DNA from: Yuukianura sp. NJ FZ-2021
Lineage: Eukaryota
Assembly: GCA_046563655.1 (NCBI GenBank)
Contig: CM102283.1
Span: 248,001-312,000 of the forward strand
Direction: 5' to 3'
Length of the DNA stretch: 64,000 bases
In this document: one piece after another, positions 22,225 to 35,398 of the stretch
How the letters are laid out: each line of letters starts with the position of its first letter
Position numbering within the stretch: the first letter of the stretch is position 1
Program-made: the position numbers and the translations under genes
Notes under the pieces: model-generated
What the model was told of the DNA's origin: nothing
Database searches by the model: none
The model's input: the letters and a program-made list of their open reading frames with translations, nothing else

Positions 22225-23880
22225 TTATGTCCTAAATCCTGCTAATTGCCTGTAGTTTACTGGTTTTCTGTCTCTGAGCTGTCGTTTTTCTGGTTCTTCT
22301 GGCATTTCTTCTGGAATTTTGATTCGAACTGTCTCGGTATCTCTTGGAAAATATGGTTTTAAGTCACTGACGTGTCTAACTCCTGCTAACTCTCTTTCTG
22401 GATAAGTACAAATTTGAAATGTAACTGGAGTGACTTGTTTGACAATAACATAAGGTCCTATCCGCTTTGGAGCTAATTTTTGAGCTATACCTTCGTCTTT
22501 GTTAGATTGTACTCTGTTTCTAGTCAAAACAAACTGATTTTCATCAAACGAAACTTCTCTACGATGTTGATCATAGTATTTCTTGTATGTAGCTTGAGCT
22601 TTGTCAATATTCGTTCTGACCCAACTAATTAGATTCTTTAAGTACTGATTTAATTCAATTGCATGAGACTCTGGTAACTCGAAATTTTCCTTTTCTGGTT
22701 CTGAAATTTGTCTGTCGAACGGCAAACTAATCTCACGACCTAAGTTTAACATTGCTGGTGTTACTTTAGTACTTTCGTTACAGACTGTTCTTATTGCAAG
22801 TGCGAATTTTTGGATATGTAAATCCCAACTCGAATGTTGACAGTCTACAAATGCACAAATCATTGCTTTAATGTTTCTATTTATCCTTTATGCTAAATTT
22901 GGCTGGGGATGGTACACTGCGATGAATCTATGGTCGATATTCCAAGCTTTACAACATTTTTTCATTAAATTAGACAAAAATTGAGATCCGTTGTCTGTGA
23001 TTATCGTTTTTGGACTTCCGTACCTGCAGAATACGTGATCCTCTAAACAATCTACAATCTTTTTAGCCGTTGCTTCTCGTAACGGAAACATTTCTGTCCA
23101 CTTTGACAATTGGTCGACTAGAACTAACAAATACTCATTTCGTCTGCCTCCTGCAGTAACCGGAAGTGGACCAATTAAATCTGCATAAATGACTGAGAAA
23201 ACCTCTTTCGCTGCTCTAATAATTCCCATAGTCCCTGCGGGTTTTAAGTTATCATATTTGACTTCCTGACAAACTTTGCATGTTTTAACGTAATTTGCTA
23301 TATCTTTGTTCATGTCTGGCCAATACACTCTGCTTTGAACTCTGAATTTTGTTTTTCTGACCCCTGGATGACCTGAATGAGGTTCATCATGTAACTCTTT
23401 TAGAACCAAATTTCTGAGACTTTTAGGCACAACAGGTAAGTACAACTTAACTCTATCCTTAACACTATTCTTATCTCTATTCTTAACACTAATCTTAACA
23501 CTAACGCTAGCTTCGTCTTCGTCTGTACGTACTTTCTTTTCGGAACGAGGAGCATCTTCGCATCCCACATTGTTCCTTACGAACGGAGAGCTCTTCGGCA
23601 TCCCACATTGTTCTTTTAGACGCTCTTGGTTCTTAGGGCTATCTACCCTTTTTGCTCTACCAGGCACTGCCGCTGGGAGTCTACCTAGGCCTTTCTCTTC
23701 GGTATTCTGTACAAAACAACTTTCGTTTGTAGAACCGATCTGTGGATCAACTCTGTCCACTTGTGGGGTCATGCTACCCACTTTGCGCGTCCGCAAACTT
23801 CTATTTTTCTTTGTGTGCACTATCCTAAACAGGATTCCATCTTTTATAACATAATTTTCTAAATTGCATGATTTTTTAAC
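22225..23880 (-). pseudogene. Ty3/gypsy pol fragment (integrase)
   Basis: HHCC finger (HDEPHSGH...CKVC), ADLIGPLP, TDNGSQF, YHPQPN, GPY motif. Stop at 22888. Confidence 0.92.
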
Positions 23881-25122
23881 CCTTTTTGTTACTTTATTAT
23901 TCTAGTAACTTTATTAAAATAAAAACTTACGATTTCATATTGTTCTAGAGCCCAGTTTTGAATTGGGCGGACATCAAACCCAGTTCCCATACTTCGGAAG
24001 AAACTGTTTTGTTTCTAATAAAAAATTAAATAGTTATTCTGTTGCAAGAAAATGAACGAGACCAACACCCAGGTAGTACATATGTACGTGGTACGTATGT
24101 GCTACTTGGGTGCAAAGCTTGCAGATTTTTTTACAAAACCCTGCGCAAACTCTGACACCTTATTGCAACCATACTCATAATCTTCGACAGCCAACTTAAA
24201 CCTAACCTAATAAAAACTTATTGTGTTACACTTACAGGTGTTCTTCCAAATTGTTTAGTTTGGATTCCTCTTCCATTCAGTACTGACTTCCGGCTCTTTG
24301 CTTTCTAAACAAAATAACAAACAAATTTTGAGATGAAAGCGTAAAAAAAAATAACAGCAATATCAAGACATAGTAACAATCAATGTTAGGTTAAGTCAGG
24401 TTACACTTACAGGAGTCCCACCAACTTGTTTAGTATTGCATCCTCTTCCTTCCTGTACTGAGTTCTGGCCTTTGTTGTTCTAAGCAAAACGACAAACAAA
24501 TATTAAAATGAAATCGTAACAAAAAATAACACCAAATTAAAAAATACTAACAAAAACATCAAAAATAAGATCCTCAACCTTATGTTGTACATGTGAAATT
24601 GTGTAAACATTAAATAAAAATTTGAACTGTAATAAAAATGTTATTGGTACCTTGTGGTTTTGTAGTTTGTTTTGTAGTTTCAATGCTTGCCATTTTTTCC
24701 CCATTTTTAAACTAAACGTATTAAAGCTTCTGCAAAATTTATTAACTTTCTTCTTAAAATTCTTTCTCAGCAACTGGGGAGGGTAGGGTATACGATTTAG
24801 TATTAGTTGGTTATTGTCGTCGAATGGCTTATAGCATTTTTTGTCATCTTGTACTAACGAACGGATGACAATAAACCAAAAGTGTGCAAGCAACTTTTTT
24901 GCAAGTTGAAGTTATATCCTTTGGTTCAGAGAACCGAAAAGGCGTCGTGTCAGTTCAACACAAAGACAATCAGACTTGGATGGGAAATTGACAGACTGCA
25001 TTTTTTGCCATCAAGTCATAAATACCTGTGGCAACTTGAGATTTGCTGCAGGCAGTAGTGGCTTACAGCCCTCATCAGAGAAGCCATTGCTTCCGAGTTT
25101 CGGGATCCAATTTGGTTTGGAC

Positions 25123-25947
25123 TCAGAAGACGATGAAAAAATCCCATTTGTCCACCTCCAGCTTCAATTGTTTGAGGGAGATGAAACATTGGTTGATGGT
25201 GTCGATGACCTTCCGTAAGCCAGAAGTGGTGTCAGAGACATTTGGAATGGAGAAGAGCTGTTGGAGGTGGGAAGAAGCGTTTTCCCGCTTCTTTTTGTAG
25301 CGTTTCTCCACCAACGCCCACGCTTCTTTGAAATTGAGGTTGGTCAGTGGAAATGATTTGGCAATGGAGGCGGCATCTCCGGTCAAGGCATTTTTTAGGT
25401 ACATTAATTTTGATGCACCTGAGAGTTTTTTGTTTTCGATGACTGCGGCCTTGAAGAGGTCGGAAAACTGCTGCCACTCGGAGTAGCTTCCGGAAAATGT
25501 CGGTGGTTTGGTGCGTTCCAATTGGAAATCGGAACCATCGGGGAGCTCTTCTGTTTCGGTGGAAGATTTGGATGCTTGTTCTGCTCGGAGCTTGGTCCTT
25601 GCAGCGATGTTGCACTGTTCGCGTGCGCTGAGGATTTGAAGTTGACACTTTTCCAGAAGTGTATCGCAGAGGTCAAGGGTCACTTGGTGGGACTGGAGAA
25701 CTTGGTGAGAATCCTTTACCACTGAGCATGCCAGGATGACTTTTTCCCTCCAGAACTCCAGTTGCTTTTCCATTTTGGAAAGTTTGCCCTCTTTGACCGT
25801 GACCTCTAGTGAGTTGAACTTGCTCCATCTTTGAGGGTCAACGGTCTCGGAGAACTTTTGAGCACTAATTCTGAAGTGTTCAAGTCCAAAAACTGCGTGC
25901 TCGTAGGGGATGTCGAGGTCAACCATCATTTCCTCTTGTTGGCTCAT
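25123..25947 (-). pseudogene. BEL/Pao gag fragment (DUF1759-like)
   Basis: PTFSGSYSEWQQFSDLF...KLMYLKNALTGDA...NFKEAWALVEKRY, paralogous to the gag in 56119..57714. Confidence 0.85.
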
Positions 25948-26009
25948 CTTGAGAGATTAGGTGAAAGGTCGTGTCACACACTACTCACTTTTACCAAAAT
26001 CGAAAAAAC

Positions 26010-26461
26010 TGTTGGAGTTCTAAGCAAACTCCTTTTTGAAATTCGGTGGAAAAAGAATCGGGCGAAAACAACAAGATGAGACGCTGGATTTTTTGGGGCT
26101 TTCGCCCTTTTATTATAAAAGAAAGAAAAACTGAGAAAATGTTGGGGACAATTTGGTGTTTCGATTGGTGTGAGAATCAGAATCTGATGACTACTTGTTT
26201 GCAAGAGAGCAGAAAACTGACTGAGGTTGGTGGGGCAGGAGAGTCTTGACATGGGTTGCTGAATGACCTTGGTCCCTCGTCAGTCCATGAACACAAAATG
26301 CTTCACCTTGTGACATGGACCATGTCACAAGGCATGGCACTAAGACAGGCTTTGGAGCCTGTAAGACTCAGGAGGAAGGAAACGGAATTTTAATTTAATT
26401 AACTGGAGGGGTTGACCAAGGTCGAGCAGTTCTTGGCTTGACCTTGTCAATTCTTCCAACA
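26010..26461 (-). mobile_element. 5' LTR of truncated BEL/Pao element
   Basis: Bounded by the 7-bp inverted repeat TGTTGGA...TCCAACA, directly upstream of gag. Confidence 0.7.
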
Positions 26462-27720
26462 GTGAACAACTTGAGTACTTAAATGAAAACTGTTCACTAA
26501 TTATTTAGTGAACTACTATGTTCACAATTTATCTACTTACATCACACTATGTTCACTAGTTATTTAGTGAACTAAAATGTGTGAACTTGACTACGAAAAT
26601 CACAAATGTTCACTGATTAGTTAGTGTACCACCAATGTGTTCACGAGTTTTATACTTACGACTCACTTTGTTCACACGTTATTTAGTAAACTAAATATGT
26701 GTGGACAACTTGATTATGAAATTACAAAATGTTCACTAATTATTTAGTGAACTACTAATGTGTCCACAAGTTATCTACTTAGCTTACACTATGTTCACTA
26801 GTTATTTAGTGAACTAAATAATTGTGAACACCTTGACTGCTAAAATCACAAAATGTTCACTAATTATTTAGTGAACCACCAATATGTTCACAAATTATCT
26901 ACTTACCTTGCACTATGTTCACTAGTTATTTAGTGAACTGAAATATGTGTGAACAACTCGACTACTGAAATCAGAAAATGTCCACTAATTATTTAGTGAA
27001 CTACTATGTTCACAATTTATCTACTTACATCACACTATGTTCACTAGTTATTTAGTGAACTAAAATGTGTGAACTTGACTACGAAAATCACAAATGTTCA
27101 CTGATTAGTTAGTGTACCACCAATGTGTTCACGAGTTTTATACTTACGACTCACTTTGTTCACACGTTATTTAGTAAACTAAATATGTGTGGACAACTTG
27201 ATTATGAAATTACAAAATGTTCACTAATTATTTAGTGAACTACTAATGTGTCCACAAGTTATCTACTTACCTTACACTATGTTCACTAGTTATTTAGTGA
27301 ACTAAATAATTGTGAACACCTTGACTGCTAAAATCACAAAATGTTCACTAATTATTTAGTGAACCACCAATATGTTCACAAATTATCTACTTACCTTGCA
27401 CTATGTTCACTAGTTATTTAGTGAACTGAAATATGTGTGAACAACTCGTCTACTGAAATCAGAAAATGTCCACTAATTATTTAGTGAACTACTAATGTGT
27501 CCACAAGTGATTTAGTGAACTGAAATATGTGAACAACTTGACTAATGAAATCACAAATGTTCATTTAAAATTTAGTGAATCACCAATGTGTTCACAAGTT
27601 ATCTACTTACATCACACAATGTTCACGAGTTATTTAGTGAACTAAAAATATTTACAAATTATTTAACAAACTAAATATGTGTGAACAACTTCGTTATCGA
27701 AATCACAAAATGTCCACAAA
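26462..27720. repeat. Tandem satellite: ~61-bp hairpin monomers, ~122-bp dimers, 488-bp higher-order period
   Basis: Core GTTCACTAA-TTAT-TTAGTGAAC. Registers recur at 26491, 26979 and 27467. Confidence 0.9.
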
Positions 27721-28642
27721 TTATATTTAATTTAATTTAATTTCCAGGTGCGTCTACACTTGTACACTTCAGTATTGAGCCAAGTTGAGTTCAAGTTAAA
27801 AAGTATGTAAAATAATTATTTGTCAAGAACGTTCCTTAACCCAGTTAAGAAAACCAAGAATATGTCCGAAAATATTTACTAAAAACCAGCAAAGTATTTA
27901 ACTAGATACAATATTTACTGAAAAAGGGCGGAATGTTTATGAACATTACGGGCATGGGTAGCTAAATAAACCTAACCAATTTGCTTGGGTCATTTCACTC
28001 ACAAAAAATTTCTAAAGTAAATTGGATTCTGTATCTTTATTATAGCCCAGGCATTTTTCAAACATATTTTCTTATTTGAATTTTCATTTTACTAGTCTAG
28101 AAACACAAAATTGCCGCCAGCAACGATAACTCGACGCAACAGGGAAAACAGGAGTGAGAAATACAACGCTAACTACGTCAGAACAATGGTGAAAAAAAAA
28201 ACATCTCGCCTTAAGGCCTGTTTATACCGTACCTCTGGATGGATTTTTCTTCCACTGGACGCCAATCCAGTCGTTCATACCAGATTTGCTTTCTCTGGAT
28301 GGATCATCCAGAGAAAGTTTGGGTGAATTTTTTATCCATGGATGGATTTCCGTCCGTTCACACAAAAAATTCCACTGGATGGATTTTTTTTCCACTGGAT
28401 TTTCCTGTAGTGCTGAGAGATGGGAGAAACGATCCAGACCAAAAGTTCAACCTCTTGAACTTTTGCTCTGGATTGAGCATGAAATTTGTTTCACTTTGCC
28501 CCAATCTCACACGGGAGCGCGAAACAGAAGGTTTGAAAGACAGGACAAGTCACATTTTAAAAAAGTGTTAAAAAAATAGAACCACATAAAATTAGGACCT
28601 CACTTTAGAGACTTATTTAGTTTTACTAAAAACTAAAAGTAA

Positions 28643-29514
28643 ATGGATAACGATAATCCAGAGAACGACGGAGAGGCGAAGGAGTTTTTGATAACAGCAG
28701 TACAAAAACGTAAAGTTCTCTACGATGCGAGTTCATCATCGAACCGGAACAAGTTCTTGCGGGAGCAAGCATGGGAAGAAGCCATGAAGCCAAGCCATGG
28801 AGCCATGCTATCAATTTAATTTAAATTGTAAAAGAATGTTTATTATTACAGCTCAGTGGTGTCGCACAACGTGGGGAAAACTGAAGGATTCCTACCGTAA
28901 GAAGAAGCAACAGCTAATTGGGAAAACAGGTCAGGCTCGAAAAAAAATCGAAGCTTGGACGTATTTTCATGCACTTCGGTTTATAGATGACTACTACCCA
29001 TCTGCAAGGTCTGTCACCTTAATAAAATACTCAACTATCAACAAATGCAATGTATAACTAGGTTTACGATGTTAAATTACAGCACATCTGGAAACTTGGA
29101 TTCACAAGTTAATGTCCAAGAGGAAGGGGAGGAAACATTGGATGTAAAAGATACTTCGCAACCAATGAATTATATTGTAAGGAATTCAAATACTAGTTTC
29201 TAGACAGAAGAATGGAGCCATTCTAAAATTATTCGTTTTTATAGGATTTGGAAGTTCAGGAAGTCCCTCCAAACGCAAGAAAACGGAAATGGAGTGGTAC
29301 TAGTCCAAGTGATCGGGTGGAAGCGGAATTCGTGCGATACTTGAAGAGACCGACCATGACACAAGATGAGTTTTATTATTTTGGGATGGATGTCGCTGAA
29401 CAGCTAAGAAAAATGGAACCTGAAACATCCTCGTTCCTGAAGTTCCAAATTTCGAAACTGCTGTTTGAATGCAAACATCCCACAACAATCACTGTAGTTA
29501 ATGCGGACGCCTGA
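28643..29514 (+). CDS. MADF + BESS-like protein (spliced), Harbinger ORF
   Basis: MDNDNPENDGEAKEFLITAVQKRKVLYD...REQAWEE, WGKLKDSYRK, WTYFHALRFI, FGMDVAEQLRKM. The first intron donor is unclear. Confidence 0.7.
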
Positions 29515-29572
29515 ATATACAAGCAGAAGAAGAGTATGGAGCCATACTAGTTAATTATTACTTACTTATTTT

Positions 29573-30535
29573 CTAGTAAGTATTATATCCAGGTAGTAAA
29601 GCTGCTTTTTCGTCTTGCCAAGAAACCTTTCCGTTTTGAGAGATGAAATGATCAGCCAAGTTGTCACGCATTTGTTTAGCCGAGTTTGTCGTATTGTGTG
29701 AACTAGAAAACTTAACAGGAGTTAAGATTACATTTGCGGATGTTTCAGTTCTCCAACCTCCGTTACTTTCGTCATCTGTGTCCACATAACCAGGGGGACA
29801 GTACATTCGGCTGGAGGGTTGCAGGCCCTCCTCTTGCTTCCTCACGAAATTATGAAGAACTGTTGTACCTGAAAATTTTAGGACTAGTTTCTATGTCTAG
29901 TTTAGCATGGAGCCATGCTGTAGTCATACGGATTTACGTCCTACCTCTTACAATCCTTTTCACTTGAGTATCGTCTGCGTACAGGCGGCGTTGAAAAATT
30001 CGATAGCGGATGACCATTATCCCAAATGTATTTTCTATAATACGGCGAGCACGGGACAGTCTATAATTGAAAATTCGTTTTCTAGCATCCTTGATAACTC
30101 CTGCATATGGTCGCATCATAAAGTCTGACAATGCAAAGGCTTCATCTCCCACAAGAGTACACGGCTGAACTAAATTTGTATTTGGGATTCTTCGATCGGA
30201 GGGAATGTCGACGGAGCCTGCAATTTAGCAAAATTAAACTGAAATTAACTTTTTATTAAGTGAGTGTGGATCCACACTGGAGTTTTTTGTTAATTAACCT
30301 TGTAGTAGGCCTTTCCCAAGTGCTGAATTTTGGAATATCCCACCATCGCTTTGCCTGCCGTACGCTCCGATGTCCACGAATGTAAAGTTGTAGTCCGCAT
30401 CGCAAGTCGCAAGCAAAACGATACTGAAAGACCCCTTGTAATTGTGATAGTTTGTATCTTGTTTTGATATCTTTGGTGCAATGAGGTTGAGCAGTATATC
30501 AAAAGTGGATGGTGTCATCCTTGTATACTGAAAAA
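29573..30535 (-). pseudogene. Harbinger transposase copy B
   Basis: Same motifs, introns and internal deletion as 739..1700. Confidence 0.85.
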
Positions 30536-30928
30536 AATGTTCTGGTTGGTTTTAGTTTTTCGAGGTTTGTGGTTGGTTTCGGTTTTTTCCCATTCTCTAT
30601 TGAATCCCTCTCCTGCTGTGTCTTAACAGGGTAAATATGGAAATGGATGGAGATTCAGCGCCGCTGGAAGTCTGGCTCAGGTGGACGTCCACAACTCAAA
30701 ACCTTAAGAAAAGATGAAGGAAATGGAAATGAGAAATAAGAAAACATTTTTTGAAAAACATATTTGAAAGGGGCCTTTTGTTTCATTTTTGTTTGATTTA
30801 GGACGCCTTGACTAAATACAAATTAAAATTTCAACGAGGAAGTGGACATGTTGTGGGTTTTAGAAGAAAATAAATTCTAAAAAGTCATTCCCAAATGCAC
30901 ATTTTCTCTTCCTCTGTATTTTACTTGT

Positions 30929-31584
30929 GGTTAGATTGTCGTTGTTGGGGCAGTGAAAAGTTTTTCTGTTTTTTTGGTCAAAATTTTTGAAAAATTTTTT
31001 TTTCGTTTTTTTCACTATTTATTATGTTTCAAACGTTTTTGGAACGTTTGGAGCAAAAAAAAATTTTTGACCTTAAGGGTCCCCCTTCCCATTTTTTTGA
31101 AAATCTTGACTCGAAAATTTTCAAAGTACGAAAACTGAAGTGGTCACCCCTGACAACCTCAAAAATGACCCTTACGAAAGTTGTTTAGAATCATGAGGTG
31201 AGTATTTTTTGTCCTAAGGACTATGACCCTACGACCACTCCCTGAGATCAGAGGTCAACACAAAGAAAAATTGGGGAAATGTTCGCATTGACCTCTGACC
31301 TCAACGAATGGTCGTAGGGTCATAGTCCATAGGACAAAAAATACTCACCTCATGATTCTAAACAACTTTTGTAAGGGTCATTTTTGAGGTTGTCAGGTGT
31401 GACCACTTCAGTTTTCGTACTTTGAAAATTTTCGAGTCAAGATTTTCAAAAAAATGGGAAGGGGGACCCTTAGGGTCAAAAATTTTTTTCTTAAAAAGTG
31501 AAAAAAACGAAAAAAAATTTTCTTCGAAAATTTTGACCAAAAAACAGAGAAAATTTTCACTGCCCCAACAACGACAATTTAACC
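30929..31584. mobile_element. Fold-back MITE 1, copy B
   Basis: TTACTTGT TSD at 30921-30928 and 31585-31592. Confidence 0.85.
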
Positions 31585-31612
31585 TTACTTGTTTTGGAAA
31601 TGGAAATATTGG

Positions 31613-32304
31613 GGTTAGATTATCGTTGTTGTGCTAGTTCAAATTTTTTCTAAGTTTTTTGGTCAAAATTTTTGAAAAAATTTTTTTTCGTTTTTTTTCA
31701 CTTTTTATCACTTTTCAAACGTTTTTGGAACGTTTGGAGCAAAAAAATTTTTTTGACCCCAAGGGTCCCCCCTTCTCACTTTTTTGAAAATCAGGAGTCG
31801 AAAATTTTCCAAGTACAAAAAACTGAAGTGGTCACACATGACAACCTCAGAAATGACCTATGAAAGTTGTTCGGAATCATGAGGGGAGTATTTTTTGTCC
31901 TATGAACTATGGTCCTACGACCACTCCCTGAGGTCAAAGGTCAACGGAAAGAAAAATTGGGGAAATGTTTGTGCTGACCTCTGACCTCAATGAGTGGTCG
32001 TAGGGTCATAGTCCATAGGACAAAAAATACTTCCCTCATGATTCTGAACAAGTTTCACAGGGGTCATTTTTGAGGTTGTCAGGGGTGTCCAATTCAGTTT
32101 GCGGACTTGGAAAATTTGTGAGTCCAGATTTTCAAAAAAATGAGAAGAGGGACACTTGGGGTCAAAAAAAAATTTTTGCTCCAAACGTTCCAAAACGTTT
32201 GAAAAGCGATAAAAAGTGAAAAAAACGAAAAAAAAAATTTTTCGAAAGTTTTGACCAAAAAACTTAGAAAAAATTTGAACTACCCCAACAACGATAATCT
32301 AACC
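31613..32304. mobile_element. Fold-back MITE 2, copy B
   Basis: AATATTGG TSD at 31605-31612 and 32305-32312. Confidence 0.85.
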
Positions 32305-34300
32305 AATATTGGAATGGTTTTACAAATGTAAAGATCAAAATCCTGTTTTCTCTGTTGGGTTACGAATCTAGCATTAGCATTCCTCAATTTTAGAAGTTAG
32401 TTAGAGTTTAGAAGTATGATTAAGTTATACAAAAATGAGGAAACGAGATACATGTTTTTTTTTGTCAAAGAAATGGTAACCAGATTCACAAAACCTAAAC
32501 GTTACTTTTTGTATTTTTCTTCTTTTTTCTTCCTGTTTTGTGTCTCCAGATCCGAGGGGAGATTATTTTTTTGAATAGCCCCCAGCCACCTCCCAACTAG
32601 TGGCTTGGAATCTCTGTGATCTTAAAAGAGCCAGTTCTAATCTGTACATGTACAATCTCATCCTGCTGACAATTCCCTCGGAACTAGTTGTCTCACTTCC
32701 TCACTCCAAAACCACTTTACAACATAACTTTAAACTAAACACTCCAAAAGTTTAATAGAAATATAATATAAGTTCTTTAGATTTTAGTGTTAGAAATGAT
32801 GAGAAAAGAGTTTAAAAGAGACAGCTACAAATTGCGGAGAGAAATTGATAGGTGTTTTAGGAGAAAAAGTAATTAGGAGAGGACGATAGAATGCCATGGG
32901 GGCACATTAAACCAAAACTACAAAACTAATCACTTCCACTTCACCCGAAACACCACTTTCTTGCTTCCTAATTCCATTCTAAATCAGAAACTTCACATTT
33001 GTATCTTCACTTTCCCTGGATCTTAAACTTTTCAGTATAATTTCTTAGTGCCCTAATTCCTGGCCTACAAGTTGCGACTTATCTGAGAAATTCCGAACAT
33101 TTTTGAAAACAAATTTTTTTTTCGCTGAAAACTAAAGAATTTTGTTAAAAATTTGCCGGAATTGCCGGTAAATGTTTTAAATCCTATTAAAACGGGTTTC
33201 ATCTAATGTTAATTCATCAAATCCAGCATTTTTGACACGGTTCTGGTGTCTGGCGAATCAAATTTGCACGAATTCGTGCATAATTAAAAGATGTTTTGAG
33301 GAAACTGGGAATAATTTTACTTTCACTAGGTAACTCGGATTTTTATAATTTCTTTCTGAAAAAAATTAACCTAACCTACCAACATTGTTTAAGCCCTTTA
33401 AAACGTAACCGAGTTAAGTTGTAAGAAAAAAAATTTACATGAGCCCTTATGGGGACATTTCAATTTTCAAACTTTTTTAAAAATTTCAGTTTTTGAGAGT
33501 CTAGTAAAAAAAATATATATATTCCTGGTCAGGGGAGTAGATATGTAGACATGATCCAGACGCCAGGTGCTAAAAGCATTAGGCGGGGAAAGGAGGGGGA
33601 AGGGAAAGGTGGGAGGCCCCCCCTCCCTCGAGGTATTAAAGGAGACCCCACGGGCAGTGTGTGGATATACCCACGTATCATTATGTGTAATACCAACGGG
33701 CTATAGATTAACCACCCCACATAGTATGTTGCAAATTTCATCAAAAATGTTTCTTCAAGTTCGAATTCCATTCCAAAACATATTCTACGAGATGACGTAA
33801 TTACACATTGGTCAACACTTGTAGTAGTACTTAAACAGGGAGTTTTGAAAATAGCAATCTCAGTTCTGAAGTCGAAGCTGTAACATTCCTTTTCCATATT
33901 AGTTCTCGAGAGATGGAAGAGGTGAAGCATGAAATTGCTCTCCGAGTTAGAGGTATCCCGTGGAATAGACGTCCAAAAAAGTGTCCTGGATTTTATATAT
34001 TTCCAATTTGTTTGCAACAAAACTTGTCGATGTTTAAAATTCACGAAGAGTACAAAGCGCTTCCAGTTACTCGAATATGTGATCACACTCGATGTAATTA
34101 CAGTGGTGAATACGACTACTTGATCGAAAAACTATTTGGAGATGGAGTATTTAAACCAGCTGATTTGGAGGAAATTATGGACGAAATTTCCCGGCTCCGA
34201 ACGTTTAAAAAATACTATTGCAAATATATGCAATGTTGTGGATTCGTTTTGCGAAAGGGTAATGCTGCAACAGCCGAACCATATTCCCTAGTTCCTGGAT

Positions 34301-34879
34301 ATGACTTTTCTAGAAGCAAGGAAGCTCCTTACACCTTACCATGTAATGGCTGGAAGTGGAATTTATAAGGTTGACAAACTTGTAGCAGACTTGCACAATA
34401 AGAAGAACTACATCCTCCACAGTGAAACTCTAAGAGAATACTGCAAGCTGGGTGTGAAAGTCTCCAAAATTCATCGCGTACTTTCATTTAGACAAGTGGC
34501 TTGGATGAAGCCGTTCATAGATTTTAACACTGAGATGAGAAAAAAGGCTACGAGCGACTTTGAAAAAGACTTCTGGAAATTGCTAAACAATTCTGCATTT
34601 GGAAAAACAATTGAACAGGTTCGTGATAGACAAAACGTTCGAATTGTTACAGACAGACAAAAGGCGTTGTTCTATAACAAAAAACCTACTGTACAAAATA
34701 TTGTCGTTGTGAATGAATCTACTTGTTTGTTTATGATGAAGAAAAAATCAGTCAACCTAAACAAACCAATTTTCACCGGTGTTGCAATTTTGGAAATTGC
34801 CAAAAAAATAATGTACGAAATGCACTACCAAGGAATTAAAACCCTCTACGGGGATCGAGAAGTTTTACTCTATACAGAC
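34301..34879 (+). pseudogene. Polinton pPolB fragment, copy B
   Basis: Matches 5460..6038, broken at YTD. Confidence 0.9.
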
Positions 34880-35398
34880 TGCAACAACCCCGCAGTCCCT
34901 GAGACCAAAACTGTGATTTCCTCTACAGGGAAATCTGCAGTTCAGGTCGAATCTTCCTGGAGAGAAGATTTGACCTGAGGTCAACAATAGTAGGTTCTCC
35001 TAATGTGCCAACATCAACTGAGAAATGAACTGGTCGGAAACAACAAAGTGAACTAATGGAATAAACTTTTATTTAGGTGTTCACTTGTTGAAGGTTGGGA
35101 AGAGACTCCCGCTACAGAAAAATGTGAAAAAGAATATTTCTGTATCCTATCTCGAGAACATAGTCCTAATACTCTACCTATTCCTGGCTACTCGGTTTCC
35201 TCCGGAGTTCCGAATCCGTCCTTCGTCAGTCCCTCTCCGCTTCATATTGCGCCCGGGAAATGCGCCTCCATCAGCGCGACCCTCATGCACGGTCCTCCGA
35301 CCTCGACCAGCGGATACAATCTTCGTCTTCTTGTCGCCTCGTTTCCACTCCACACGTCTGGAATTAACAAAACAGCATGCAGAATTTCCAGATTGACA
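34880..35398 (-). mobile_element. Putative 3' LTR, copy B
   Basis: Matches 6039..6557. Confidence 0.6.

Larger units (their letters stand above)
1..23885. repeat. Segmental duplication copy A (left end outside window)
   Basis: Position 1 aligns to 28831 (aaagaatgtttattattacagctcag). Near-identical gene order continues to gattttttaaccctt at ~23885, which matches ~48848. Confidence 0.95.
14098..23885 (-). mobile_element. Ty3/gypsy LTR retrotransposon carrying an Rrp6-like extra ORF (3' part; interrupted by EnSpm)
   Basis: Integrase at 22225..23880, extra ORF at 20325..22003, non-coding LTR-like tail with minus-strand AATAAA near 15030. Candidate LTR ends are (a)GTCACAG at 14098 and GTGACA at 20483 (unconfirmed). 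Confidence 0.8.
28215..30535. mobile_element. PIF/Harbinger transposon copy B (left terminus present, right end lost)
   Basis: TAA|GGCCTGTTTATAC terminus, repeated CTGGATGGAT subterminal motifs, convergent MADF and transposase genes. Confidence 0.75.

Noticed and set aside
26462-27720. CRISPR-like array of palindromic repeats
   Set aside because: The spacers are homologous to each other and recur with a 488-bp period, there are no cas genes, and the context is eukaryotic.
27840-27989. Small CCC...GGG MITE candidate
   Set aside because: The inverted match is only ~5 bp and there is no convincing TSD.
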